The notes beneath the pieces were generated by a model. That model saw nothing but the letters and a program-made list of their open reading frames with translations, was not told the origin of the DNA and ran no database searches. DNA of 64,000 nt from Proteobacteria bacterium UBA2133 (GTDB taxonomy: Bacteria > Pseudomonadota > Gammaproteobacteria > Arenicellales > UBA868): positions 19,480 to 83,479 of the forward strand of contig DCXP01000006.1 in assembly GCA_002327725.1 (NCBI GenBank), given 5' to 3'. Positions within the stretch are counted from its first letter, which is position 1. Every line of letters begins with the position of its first letter. This document shows positions 47,598-57,176 of the stretch, piece by piece. A program made the position numbers and the translations under genes.

Positions 47598-48026
47598 TGT
47601 GCTACTCCCAAATCTTCACAGCACCGATGTTACCAGTCCTGTTACCGATGCTCTGAGTGAATGATGCCACCCGCTCATCCAGCCAGCGCCGGATTGAGCC
47701 ACGGACTTTCTGCAAACTCCAGATACCGCCTGCCTAGCGGCCGGTTTTGGACAACCCCGATCATTTCGGTTGGCAGGTTGAGACCCGCCCATCAAGACGT
47801 CTTCGGCTGCCGGCCCTGGCATGGGCGCATGGCCGGAACCCTTTTCCGGCGTGGCAATGACAAGCGGCAAGTCCGTTATACTGGGCTCGACTGTTCCTGC
47901 CGCCTGTGTTCCCAGACCCGACAACTCAGTGCCCGAAAACCGCGACCGACCCAATATCGTTCGAATCGCTTTAGCAAAGCAGCGGGTAAAGAACAGCGGA
48001 AAAAGATTCCGCAAATCTTTATTTGA

Positions 48027-50522
48027 ATGATGAACGATACGCGGTCTGGCTTCTCTTCCAAGTGGCTGCACGCTTTTTACGCCGGCTTTTTCGTCCTGCT
48101 CGCGGGCGGATATCTCCACGATGTGCTGTTTCAGGATAAACACCTCAGCGCATTTGATTTCATTCTGAACAAGCCCGCCTGGGAGGCTGAACGGGGTCCG
48201 CACGGCGTCAACAAAGGAATACTCGCGGACTCTCCCACGGCACACTATCCTTACAGAAGAATCTTCTGGGACAACTTGCGTGAAGGCAGCAACACGGATT
48301 ATTTGCCGCATGTCCTCACTGGCCAACCCTCAACCGGGCAGGGTACCGGGTCCTTCATCACCAGTTTTTTTCAGTTATTTATGGACGTGCCTGATGCCCT
48401 GGACTGGAGCACATGGTTTCGGCTGGTTCTGGCGGGAATCTTCATGTACGCACTCATGGTCCATCTCGGCTGTCAGCCCATCGTCGCTGCGCTCGCGGGT
48501 ATCGCCTGGACCTACAACACCCATCAATTGGTATGGCTGCTTTTTCCCCAGCATCTTGCAACCCAGTTATGGATCCCGTTGATCTTCCTGTTCAACCTCA
48601 AACTGATCCGGGACGGCCCCGATTGGCCGTCGTCTCTTGCCCTGATCCTAAGTGTCATATTTTTCTACAGCAGCGGCTACACCCAGATCGCGCTGTACAG
48701 TTTTATCTTTTTCGGTTTTTTCAACACCGTTTATCTTTGGCTGGCAAAGGAAAGGGTTGGGGCAAAGTGGCGGCTGTGGACAACCACCCACGCGCTTTAC
48801 CTCGGTGCCGCAGTGCTGCTCGTGCCCGACGTGATGGCGCAGATGGCGGAGATCGCTGACGGGCTGCGCGGCGCACAACCATTCCGTTACCACGGTCTGG
48901 GGAGCGCGCCCCTGTTGCAGTCCCTGTTGACCCTGCCGGTAGACGGACTGCCCCGACCCCTGGACATTGTGAGATTTATGTTCCCGCACTATCTGGGGCA
49001 GGGCCTCGGGGCGCCGGGTCTTAAGGTGATCTACAACACCAATGTCGTTGAATTCGTAGCCTTTTTCGGCCTCATCGTTCTCTACCTGACGCTTTACGGT
49101 ATCTGTGGCGGGCTTCGGCGCCATTGCCGGCTGGTGTGGGCTCTGAGCATAACGCTGTTTTTTGTGTTTGCCCTGTTTAACGGCAACCCCCTGATTGTTG
49201 GGCTGGTCAACCTGATTCCTGCTGGGGGCGCCGGCCAGTTCAGCCGATTCGTAACGCTCATCATTTTCACCTGCATTGTGCTGAGCGGCCTTGGCCTCAG
49301 GTATTTTCTCGAAGATAGAAAAACATACGATCTGGTCTGGGCCATTGTGCCGGGAGCGCTCCTTGTGACATGGATCGGCTTCGCTAAGCTTCAGTACGAT
49401 GCGATTGTCAACCTGTGGTTCTTTATTCCACCGCTGGTGATCCTCGCGATCTTCATCCTCGCCGGCCACCTGCTCATACGGAAAAACTTCGCAAACCTGG
49501 TGGGGATTATCGCGGTTTTGTTTACGCTGTATGAGTTGTTCCCCGCTATGTATGGGTTCAACACGCGACTTGATGCGAAAGACCATTTCCCGGCGAATTC
49601 GGTCATTGCCGCCATTCAGAAGGCGCCCGGAAACTTCCGTACAGCCCTGGTCATGAGCAACACCTCCTACCATCACAATATCCTCAGCTATTACAAATTG
49701 GCCACGGTGGGAGGTTATGCCACCACGGTGCGAAACCAGTATGTCAAGTTCCTCCAGGAGGCCTACAAAGATGTCGCGATTACCGCGAACGGTATCGTGT
49801 TCCTGATGAATCACCAACCCCGGATCCTTCGACTGCTGAATACCCGGTTTATCGTTACCGATGTTCCTTTCTCCAGCGATCGGGTTCGGAAGGTCTTCGC
49901 CAACGAGGCCAACGCCCTTTATGAGATTACGGACCCGCTGGACCGTGTTTACTGCGGCAGTGACCAACTGGTGGTGCCCGAGCGAGACGCGATTCCGGGG
50001 AAACTGTCGGAAGTTGCTGCAGACTATGACCGGCCAATCCTCGTTGCCGCACCTCTGGTTGAGGCGGATAAATTGACCGGAAACTGTGCGATTTCAGATT
50101 TGAAGGTATACCAGGGCAGGATCGAGTTTCGGGCCACTACTGACGAGCCCACCCTCATCTTCATAGCAGCGAACCATCATGGGAACTGGCGCGCGCGCAT
50201 AAACGGTGCCGAGGCTGGGATCAGCGCCGGCAATTATGCATTTATGGTCATCCCGGTTTCTGCCGGATCCAGTGATGTGCAACTCCAGTACACCGATTAC
50301 AAACTCCTTGCGGGGGCGCTCTTGCTCATCGGGCTCGGCTTGTTTGTACTCGGTTATGCGCTGCTGTCGGTTAACCTGCTCTGGCGAAAGGTGCTGTTTG
50401 CGCTTTGCGGATTAATGCTCATTGGGAAAAACGCCCTGTCCGTGCCGGGCCTTAAAGATGTGGAGATCTCCGAAAGGCAGGCAACCGTGGAACTTCGGGC
50501 CGCGGACCTGGACCCATCATAG
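48027..50522 (+). CDS. YfhO-like polytopic GT-C membrane glycosyltransferase
   Basis: 831 aa with many TM segments and an early loop Asp (ILADSPTAHYP); C-terminal soluble domain with NHHGNWRARING...GNYAFMVIPVSAGSSDVQLQY, a typical YfhO end. Confidence 0.78.
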   Translation: MMNDTRSGFSSKWLHAFYAGFFVLLAGGYLHDVLFQDKHLSAFDFILNKPAWEAERGPHGVNKGILADSPTAHYPYRRIFWDNLREGSNTDYLPHVLTGQPSTGQGTGSFITSFFQLFMDVPDALDWSTWFRLVLAGIFMYALMVHLGCQPIVAALAGIAWTYNTHQLVWLLFPQHLATQLWIPLIFLFNLKLIRDGPDWPSSLALILSVIFFYSSGYTQIALYSFIFFGFFNTVYLWLAKERVGAKWRLWTTTHALYLGAAVLLVPDVMAQMAEIADGLRGAQPFRYHGLGSAPLLQSLLTLPVDGLPRPLDIVRFMFPHYLGQGLGAPGLKVIYNTNVVEFVAFFGLIVLYLTLYGICGGLRRHCRLVWALSITLFFVFALFNGNPLIVGLVNLIPAGGAGQFSRFVTLIIFTCIVLSGLGLRYFLEDRKTYDLVWAIVPGALLVTWIGFAKLQYDAIVNLWFFIPPLVILAIFILAGHLLIRKNFANLVGIIAVLFTLYELFPAMYGFNTRLDAKDHFPANSVIAAIQKAPGNFRTALVMSNTSYHHNILSYYKLATVGGYATTVRNQYVKFLQEAYKDVAITANGIVFLMNHQPRILRLLNTRFIVTDVPFSSDRVRKVFANEANALYEITDPLDRVYCGSDQLVVPERDAIPGKLSEVAADYDRPILVAAPLVEADKLTGNCAISDLKVYQGRIEFRATTDEPTLIFIAANHHGNWRARINGAEAGISAGNYAFMVIPVSAGSSDVQLQYTDYKLLAGALLLIGLGLFVLGYALLSVNLLWRKVLFALCGLMLIGKNALSVPGLKDVEISERQATVELRAADLDPS

Positions 50523-50523
50523 C

Positions 50524-51132
50524 CTAGGGATCACCTTCTCTTCCCTTCAGCCGGTCAACCAGCACCCGTAGCGCGCGGGCCCTGTGGCTCAACCCATTCT
50601 TGCGCTCGCTGTCGAGTTCTGCAGCGGTGCAGTACTCATCCGGCACCCAGAAAATCGGGTCATAGCCGAAGCCGTTCTCGCCGCTCGGTACCTTGGTCAC
50701 CACCCCCGACCATGTTCCTTCGCAGATCAGCGGTGCGGGATCATCCGCCTGCCTGAGATATACCATCAAGCAGCGGAATCGGGCATTGCGATCTTCCCAT
50801 GGAATATCTTCAAGCCGGGACAGCAGTTTGGTCACGTTGTCCGAGTCGCTGGCGTGGTCTCCGGCAAAGCGCGCCGAAGTCACCCCGGGGGCGCCGTTCA
50901 GCGCATCCACTTCAAGTCCTGAATCGTCAGCAATGGCCGGGTGACCGGTCTGCAGTGAGGCATTGCGCGCCTTCAGGATGGCGTTCTCGACAAAGGTCTT
51001 GCCCGTCTCCTCGGCAGGGGTGACACCCAGGGTGCCCTGACCGACCACCGAGAAGCCGCTGTCCGACAGCAGGGCGGTCAACTCTTTGAGCTTTTCCTGG
51101 TTATCCGAGGCCAGCACCAGCTCCCGCGTCAC
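50524..51132 (-). CDS. rdgB: Non-canonical purine NTP pyrophosphatase
   Basis: [52 protein letters not shown]. Confidence 0.96.
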   Translation of the reverse strand: MTRELVLASDNQEKLKELTALLSDSGFSVVGQGTLGVTPAEETGKTFVENAILKARNASLQTGHPAIADDSGLEVDALNGAPGVTSARFAGDHASDSDNVTKLLSRLEDIPWEDRNARFRCLMVYLRQADDPAPLICEGTWSGVVTKVPSGENGFGYDPIFWVPDEYCTAAELDSERKNGLSHRARALRVLVDRLKGREGDP

Positions 51133-51857
51133 TGTGGCGGTGTCTCACGGGCGAGGCGCTGCAGCCGCATCAGTTCCTGAATTCCCTTCACGGCGGCGGC
51201 TGTCATGCTCTGCATCTCGGCCTCGTTAAACGGGGTCTGTTCCGCGGTTCCCTGAATCTCGATGAAACAGTTCTGATCATTCATCACAAAATTCATGTCG
51301 GTATCCGCGCTGCTGTCCTCGGCATAATCCAGATCCAGAAGGACCTCGCCCTGCTTGAGCCCCACTGAGACCGAGGCGATCTGGCTTAGCGGCAACGGAG
51401 CGTCCAGCAAGCCGTCCTGACAGAGACGGTCCAGGGCATCGGCAAGGGCCACCCACGCGCCGGTAATCGACGCCGTGCGCGTGCCGCCATCCGCCTGGAG
51501 CACATCACAGTCAAGCGTAATCGTCCGCTCCCCGAGTCCTTTAAGGTCCAAAGCGGCGCGCAGCGAGCGGCCGATCAGTCTCTGGATCTCCAGGGTGCGT
51601 CCTCCCTGCTTTCCCCGGGCCGCCTCGCGCGCCATTCGCTCACCGGTCGCCCGGGGAAGCATCCCGTATTCCGCCGTTATCCACCCCTGCTGGCTGCCCT
51701 TAAGAAACCGCGGCACCCGCTCCTCAACGCTCGCCATGCACAGCACCCGGGTGTCTCCAAACTCCACCAGCACCGAGCCCTCGGCGTGACGGTTGAAAGA
51801 CCGCGAGAAGCGCACTGGCCGCAACTCATCCGGGCGTCGATTATCGGCTCTTGCCAT
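51129..51857 (-). CDS. rph: Ribonuclease PH
   Basis: [56 protein letters not shown]. Confidence 0.98.
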   Translation of the reverse strand: MARADNRRPDELRPVRFSRSFNRHAEGSVLVEFGDTRVLCMASVEERVPRFLKGSQQGWITAEYGMLPRATGERMAREAARGKQGGRTLEIQRLIGRSLRAALDLKGLGERTITLDCDVLQADGGTRTASITGAWVALADALDRLCQDGLLDAPLPLSQIASVSVGLKQGEVLLDLDYAEDSSADTDMNFVMNDQNCFIEIQGTAEQTPFNEAEMQSMTAAAVKGIQELMRLQRLARETPPQ

Positions 51858-51915
51858 CGATTTTCCTCTGCTGTTGTGTAGCTGGATTCGGCATACGGTT
51901 ATCGGGCATCCCTGA

Positions 51916-52521
51916 TCAGCCAGGCGGCAGTGGATGGCCCAGCAGTGAGAAGAACTGCCTCAAAAACCGGTAGGTCAAACCCCAGACCACCCGTTTGTCG
52001 TCCTGATCCAGAAATATACCGGGAAACTGCATGTTCCCTGCGGCCTCGTATTGCACCGACGTTCGCAGGCGCGGGTCCAGAAGCCGGGACAACGGTATCG
52101 GTACGATCTCGGAAACCTCGTGGTTAGGTTTGAGCGCGGGAATCTCATCAACAACATAGACGAAACAGGAGATTACGAGATCAGCAGACCGCCCGCCATG
52201 GCGGCCCCGTAAATCCCCAAGATGTCCAGCCAGATGTTCGCGGCGAAGTTCGAGCCCGATCTCCTCATGGGTTTCGCGGCAGGCCGCGTCACCCACTTCG
52301 ACATCGCTGTCCTCACGCCGGCCACCGGGGAAAGCCATCTGCCCTGACCACGGATCATCAGAGGACGTAGATCGCTGGATGAAGATGATATTGGGGTCAT
52401 GATCTGTCGCGCTGGCATCAAGCACCAGCGCCACTTCTGCCCGGTGCGGGCTGGATTGCCTGACCAGTTGGGGTCGATGATCCTGAAGGCTATCCAGGAT
52501 CTCGCCAACCGGAATCACCAA
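51916..52521 (-). CDS. Nudix hydrolase, CoA pyrophosphatase type
   Basis: [10 protein letters not shown] + Nudix box ([11 protein letters not shown]); VWGLT. Confidence 0.9.
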   Translation of the reverse strand: MVIPVGEILDSLQDHRPQLVRQSSPHRAEVALVLDASATDHDPNIIFIQRSTSSDDPWSGQMAFPGGRREDSDVEVGDAACRETHEEIGLELRREHLAGHLGDLRGRHGGRSADLVISCFVYVVDEIPALKPNHEVSEIVPIPLSRLLDPRLRTSVQYEAAGNMQFPGIFLDQDDKRVVWGLTYRFLRQFFSLLGHPLPPG

Positions 52522-53144
52522 TGAATACCGCCGCCGAGCAGAACGCCGTAACTGCCCTCGTTCACTCCCGATCCGGTGATCGCCCCGGTATAGTCGGTGA
52601 TCTGGTACCGCCAGCCCAGGCGAAGGTCCACAAAGGGCAAGGGATCCAGCACGAGCCCCGTCTCAACCGAAATCGAAGACAGGTCCCTGCGCGACCCCAC
52701 GTCACCCAGGGACGGTGCCCAGCCAGCCTCGGCGTACAAACGCAGAAAACCCAAGACACCCAACCGGCCCTCCGCCATGATCCGGGCCCCCGACGTATCG
52801 CCCTCGGCGCCGAAGCGATCCTGTTCCCAGCCGAGCCCCACCGCCAGGAATGTGTTATCGGTTGCGCTCACGACACGGTACTTGAAGTCCACGAGGGTCT
52901 GCTCATCCGGTGCCATGCTCACGCTGTCTTCGCTTACCCGGTACAGTGCCGCCCGCAGCCCCCAGCGCTCGCCTAACCACAGTTCGCCGTAACCCCCGGT
53001 CAGCGGTGAGTTGACTGAAGTGTCCTGATAGTCATCAACGACCCAGGTCAGAACACCTGCTTCGCCATCAACCGGTCCCAGGGCCTGTACTGGGGTGACC
53101 GCCAATAATCCGGCGATCAGCAAGGCGCGCGCGATACACTTCAC
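52515..53144 (-). CDS. Putative outer-membrane beta-barrel protein
   Basis: Signal peptide (…VTPVQA), alternating Gly/aromatic strands, C-terminal aromatic residue (GGGIHW). Confidence 0.65.
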   Translation of the reverse strand: MKCIARALLIAGLLAVTPVQALGPVDGEAGVLTWVVDDYQDTSVNSPLTGGYGELWLGERWGLRAALYRVSEDSVSMAPDEQTLVDFKYRVVSATDNTFLAVGLGWEQDRFGAEGDTSGARIMAEGRLGVLGFLRLYAEAGWAPSLGDVGSRRDLSSISVETGLVLDPLPFVDLRLGWRYQITDYTGAITGSGVNEGSYGVLLGGGIHW

Positions 53145-53229
53145 AAATGACTACCTGCAATGGGAGAACCGCGATTTTATCATTTCGCGTTTCCGGTCCG
53201 GCACAAACCACGCCCCATGACAGGTCCTG

Positions 53230-53640
53230 ATGATGCTTGATACCGAACACGACAACGGTGTACGTCTTGACCGGTGGCTCTGGGCAGCACGTTTTTTCAA
53301 AACCCGCGCCGCTGCCGTCGAGGCAATCCGTGCCGGACACGTGCTGCTCAACGACCGGCGAACCCGCCCGGCAAAATCTGTCCGCCAGGGGGATGTTCTG
53401 CGCATCCGTCGCAAGACTTTTGTCTGTGCAGTGACCGTCTGCAATCTGATCAACAAGCGGGTTGCACCGCAGCTCGCGGCGAAGGCTTACGTAGAAGACC
53501 CGATGAGCATCCAGCGGCGCGAAGCGCTGCGTCGGCAACTGCGCCTGCAGCCCCAGCCCGTCAGGAAATCGAAAGGCAGGCCCGACAAGAAAGAGCGCCG
53601 GCAACTGGCGCAGATGCGCTATGCCGGTGAGCCGAGATAA
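53230..53640 (+). CDS. hslR: Ribosome-associated heat shock protein Hsp15 (S4 domain)
   Basis: VRLDRWLWAARFFKTRAAA, GRPDKKERRQL. Confidence 0.92.
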   Translation: MMLDTEHDNGVRLDRWLWAARFFKTRAAAVEAIRAGHVLLNDRRTRPAKSVRQGDVLRIRRKTFVCAVTVCNLINKRVAPQLAAKAYVEDPMSIQRREALRRQLRLQPQPVRKSKGRPDKKERRQLAQMRYAGEPR

Positions 53641-53645
53641 TCCTT

Positions 53646-54605
53646 ATGCGCGGCGTCATCCTTGATTCCGACAGCTTTGACCGTGGCGATCTCGACACCG
53701 CGGCTCTGGATACCTGTCTGGACCACTGGGCCCGCCACCGCTCGACCCGGCCGGGTGAGGTGCTCAAGCGGATAGATGGATGTGAGGTGATCGTCACCAA
53801 CAAAGTGGCCATCGATGCCGCGGTAATAGCGACCGCCGCACTGCAACTGATCGTGGTCGCTGCCACCGGCATCAACAATGTCGACCTTGCCGCAGCGGCT
53901 CGCCGGGGGGTCACGGTATGCAATGTCCGTGACTACGCTTCTGCCGCCGTCAGCCAGCACGTGTTCTCGCTGGTACTCGCGCTGGCGACCCGTCTTGGCG
54001 ATTACACACAGGCGGTACGGCAAGGCCGCTGGCAGCAAAGCGAGGTGTTCTGCTTGCTGGACTATCCGATTCGCGAACTCGCCGGACAGACGCTCGGCAT
54101 CATCGGCCTCGGCAACCTTGGCCGGCGCGTCGCACGCATTGCCGAAGGTTTCCAGATGCAGGTCCTGGTCTGTGCCAGACCCGGCAGCCAGGAGGTGCCT
54201 GATGGCCGGGTCCCGCTGGACACGCTGCTGGAAAAATCCGACGTGATCTCATTGCACTGTCCGCTGACAGATGCAACCCGCAACCTGATCGGGAGCGCAC
54301 AACTGCAGCAGATGAAATCCGACGCCATCCTGATCAACACGGCCCGTGGCGGGATCGTCAACGAAAACGACCTGGCGGCAGCGTTACGCCAGGGGGAGAT
54401 CGGCGGGGCTGGAGTCGACGTTCTCACCGAGGAGCCACCTGACGCATCCCATCCCCTGCTGGCACCGGATATCCCGAACCTGCTGGTCAGCCCGCACAAT
54501 GCGTGGGGGTCTATCCAGTCACGGCAGCGGCTCGCCGATGAGATTGCGAGCCTGATCCAAAGCTATCGCAGCGGTGCGCCGCGAAACTGCTGCCAACCTG
54601 GCTGA
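53646..54605 (+). CDS. D-2-hydroxyacid dehydrogenase (glycerate dehydrogenase/HprA-like)
   Basis: ATGINNVDL, GIIGLGNLG, SLHCPLT, INTARGGIVNE, EEPP, SPHNAWGS. Confidence 0.92.
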   Translation: MRGVILDSDSFDRGDLDTAALDTCLDHWARHRSTRPGEVLKRIDGCEVIVTNKVAIDAAVIATAALQLIVVAATGINNVDLAAAARRGVTVCNVRDYASAAVSQHVFSLVLALATRLGDYTQAVRQGRWQQSEVFCLLDYPIRELAGQTLGIIGLGNLGRRVARIAEGFQMQVLVCARPGSQEVPDGRVPLDTLLEKSDVISLHCPLTDATRNLIGSAQLQQMKSDAILINTARGGIVNENDLAAALRQGEIGGAGVDVLTEEPPDASHPLLAPDIPNLLVSPHNAWGSIQSRQRLADEIASLIQSYRSGAPRNCCQPG

Positions 54606-55786
54606 GTACTGTTATCGAACCCCCTCTGACACTGTATGTTCACCTGCCCTGGTGCCAGCGCAAGTGCCCCTACTGTGATTTCAACTCGCATCCCTTAAAA
54701 GGCGATCTGCCGGCATCGGATTATGTCGACGCGCTGCTGGCCGATCTTGAATCCGTTGGCGGGATGCACCCGGACCGCCGTTATAGTTCGGTCTTTTTCG
54801 GCGGCGGTACGCCCAGCCTCTTTGATAGCCACCAGATCGAGCGTATCCTGAACCATCTCGATAAAGGCCGGTGGCTGCAGACCAACCCGGAGATCACGAT
54901 CGAGGCAAACCCGGGGTCTGCCGAAGTCAGGCGGTTTCAGGCCTACCGCGACTGCGGGGTGAACCGTCTTTCACTCGGCGTCCAGAGTTTCAAGGACCAA
55001 AGCCTTAATGCATTGGGCCGCATCCACGACGGGCACGATGCCAGACAGGCCTGTCGCGCCATCCGGGATGCGGGTTTTGACAACTTCAATATTGACCTGA
55101 TGCACGGTTTACCGGGACAGAACCAAGCGGATGCCCTGTCCGACCTACACGAAGCGCTCACCTGGGCACCAACGCATCTCTCCCTTTATCAGTTGACGAT
55201 CGAACCCAATACTGCCTTTGCTGCGGATCCGCCCTTGCTGCCCGATGAGGAGGTGCTGTCGGCGATACGGTGTGCGGTTCACGACCTTGCGGGCAGGTCC
55301 GGATTTGAACACTACGAAGTGTCCGCCTTCGCCCGTCCTGAGTACCGCTGCCGCCACAACCTCAACTACTGGGAGTTCGGTGACTACATCGGGATCGGAG
55401 CCGGCGCGCACAGCAAACTTTCATTTGGCGGTGCGGTCTACCGATGGCGCCGTCCCCGTCACCCGCACGAATACTTGCGCATCATGGCCACGGGCTGTAC
55501 GCCGGACCCGGGCCCGCCGTTACAGCCGGGTGAACTGCTGTTTGAGTTCATGCTGAATGCACTTCGACTCAAGATGGGCTTTGATTACCGGCTCTTCGAG
55601 CAAAGAACCGGGCTTGACTGGTCGCGACAGCAACCGCTGGTCGAAAAGGCGGTCGCCGACGGTCTTATGCGGGCAGATCGCGGGCAGGTAAGCACGACGC
55701 CGCTCGGCTGGCGCTTTCTGGACGACCTGCTGCAACGTTTTCTCAGCCGGGAGGAAGAACCGCTGACGCGTGATATGATGGCCTGA
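54602..55786 (+). CDS. hemW: Radical SAM heme chaperone HemW (probable CTG start)
   Basis: LYVHLPWCQRKCPYCDF (CxxxCxxC) lies upstream of the ORF-track ATG 54764; GGGTPS, RLSLGVQSF, NLNYWEFGDYIGIGAGAH. Confidence 0.93.
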   Translation: MSTVIEPPLTLYVHLPWCQRKCPYCDFNSHPLKGDLPASDYVDALLADLESVGGMHPDRRYSSVFFGGGTPSLFDSHQIERILNHLDKGRWLQTNPEITIEANPGSAEVRRFQAYRDCGVNRLSLGVQSFKDQSLNALGRIHDGHDARQACRAIRDAGFDNFNIDLMHGLPGQNQADALSDLHEALTWAPTHLSLYQLTIEPNTAFAADPPLLPDEEVLSAIRCAVHDLAGRSGFEHYEVSAFARPEYRCRHNLNYWEFGDYIGIGAGAHSKLSFGGAVYRWRRPRHPHEYLRIMATGCTPDPGPPLQPGELLFEFMLNALRLKMGFDYRLFEQRTGLDWSRQQPLVEKAVADGLMRADRGQVSTTPLGWRFLDDLLQRFLSREEEPLTRDMMA

Positions 55787-55865
55787 TAAAGCCCCGCTGC
55801 CACGCGAAGACCCGACAACCGCTGCCGGGGCTGCTGGCCTCATCTGGTTTCTGGATTCATCGCCC

Positions 55866-56285
55866 ATGCTCTGGATCAAAGCCCTGCACATCATTTTTAT
55901 GGTCACCTGGTTCGCGGGCCTGTTCTATCTTCCGAGGCTTTTTGTCTACCACGCCATGAGCGAGGACCGTGCAACCCGGGACCAGTTCAAGATCATGGAA
56001 CGCAAGCTGTACTTCGGCATTACGACGCCCGGTGGTGTTTTGACGATCGGGTCCGGCCTCTGGCTGTGGCTCGGTTACGGCATCGGCAGCCATAACCTCT
56101 GGCTGGTGGGCAAGATTGCCCTGGTGGCTGTGCTTGTGCTGTATCACCTGTGGTGTGGACAGATGGTCAGGCAGTTTGCCCAGGGAACCAACAGACATGG
56201 GCACGTGTTTTATCGCTGGTTCAACGAGTTTCCCGTTTTGATTCTGATCGGTGCCGTACTGCTGGTGGTTTTAAAACCGGCCTGA
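55866..56285 (+). CDS. hemJ: Protoporphyrinogen oxidase HemJ (CopD family)
   Basis: WIKALHIIFMVTWFAGLFYLPRLFVYH, MERKLY, RWFNEFP. Confidence 0.93.
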   Translation: MLWIKALHIIFMVTWFAGLFYLPRLFVYHAMSEDRATRDQFKIMERKLYFGITTPGGVLTIGSGLWLWLGYGIGSHNLWLVGKIALVAVLVLYHLWCGQMVRQFAQGTNRHGHVFYRWFNEFPVLILIGAVLLVVLKPA

Positions 56286-56297
56286 GCAGAAAAACCG

Positions 56298-56762
56298 ATG
56301 TTCCGTGTGGTGCTGTACCAGCCGGAAATTCCGCCTAATACCGGCAACATCATCCGGCTGTGCGCCAACACCGGTTCTGAACTGCACCTGATAGAACCGC
56401 TGGGTTTTTCGATCAGCGACCGAGAACTTCGCCGCGCCGGACTCGACTATGCCGATGCGGTCACGATTCACAGCCACACCAGTATCGATGCATTTTTTGA
56501 AGAGACGACCCCTGTCCGGGCGTTCATGTTCTCTACCAAGCACTCCCGGGTACACAGTGACTGCCGATTCCAATGCGGCGACGCGCTGGTCTTTGGCCCC
56601 GAGACCCGTGGTTTACCAGAGAACGTCAGGCACCTCGTACCCGCTGGGCAGCGGGTCACACTGCCGATGTGCACCACCCGCCGCAGTCTCAATCTTTCCA
56701 ACGCCGTTGCGGTGGCGCTATTCGAAGCCTGGCGCCAGTGCGGTTATCCGGGCAGTGCCTGA
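56298..56762 (+). CDS. trmL: tRNA (cytidine/uridine-2'-O)-methyltransferase
   Basis: LYQPEIPPNTGNIIRLCA, RRAGLDY, FGPETRGL, RSLNLSNAV. Confidence 0.96.
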   Translation: MFRVVLYQPEIPPNTGNIIRLCANTGSELHLIEPLGFSISDRELRRAGLDYADAVTIHSHTSIDAFFEETTPVRAFMFSTKHSRVHSDCRFQCGDALVFGPETRGLPENVRHLVPAGQRVTLPMCTTRRSLNLSNAVAVALFEAWRQCGYPGSA

Positions 56763-56771
56763 AACAATAGC

Positions 56772-57176
56772 CTACAGGTGGTCGAGGCTGTCTACTGTAA
56801 TACCGCTGAGTCGAAGCGCTGTGCTCACTACGGAAAACTCTTCGCGCTTCACAAGCACTTTGGTTCCTACGAAAAGCGCGCCCAAAGCATCGATCCGCAC
56901 AGGCTCCAGCGGCCTTGGCGATTTCAGCGAAGAAAGCGTTTTCGCGACGATGTCACTGGTCTCACCGCTTGCGGAATCGCAAAAGTACAGGCGGCTGTTG
57001 TCGGGGCGATATAAGGCCTGTCGGCTTGACAGACGGGTCACCATCCACGCCTCAAGGATGCGGTCCCGGGACACGCCCGGGCGCATATTGGCGATATCGG
57101 CAAGGTCCGGCGGACGAAACTTGCTATAGACTCGATGCTCCTGCGACATGCTGAACCGGGTATCCTCAGCGCTCAT
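56772..57176 (-). CDS. Hypothetical protein
   Basis: About 125-134-aa ORF convergent on trmL; start ATG 57176 or 57149; protein-like composition; no motif recognised. Confidence 0.55.
   Translation of the reverse strand: MSAEDTRFSMSQEHRVYSKFRPPDLADIANMRPGVSRDRILEAWMVTRLSSRQALYRPDNSRLYFCDSASGETSDIVAKTLSSLKSPRPLEPVRIDALGALFVGTKVLVKREEFSVVSTALRLSGITVDSLDHL

Noticed and set aside
47661-48026. 121-aa ORF in frame with and abutting the YfhO-like gene (TGA-ATG), suggesting read-through or a split gene
   Set aside because: Low-complexity Arg/Ser/Pro sequence without a TM or family motif; the YfhO-like protein looks complete from 48027.
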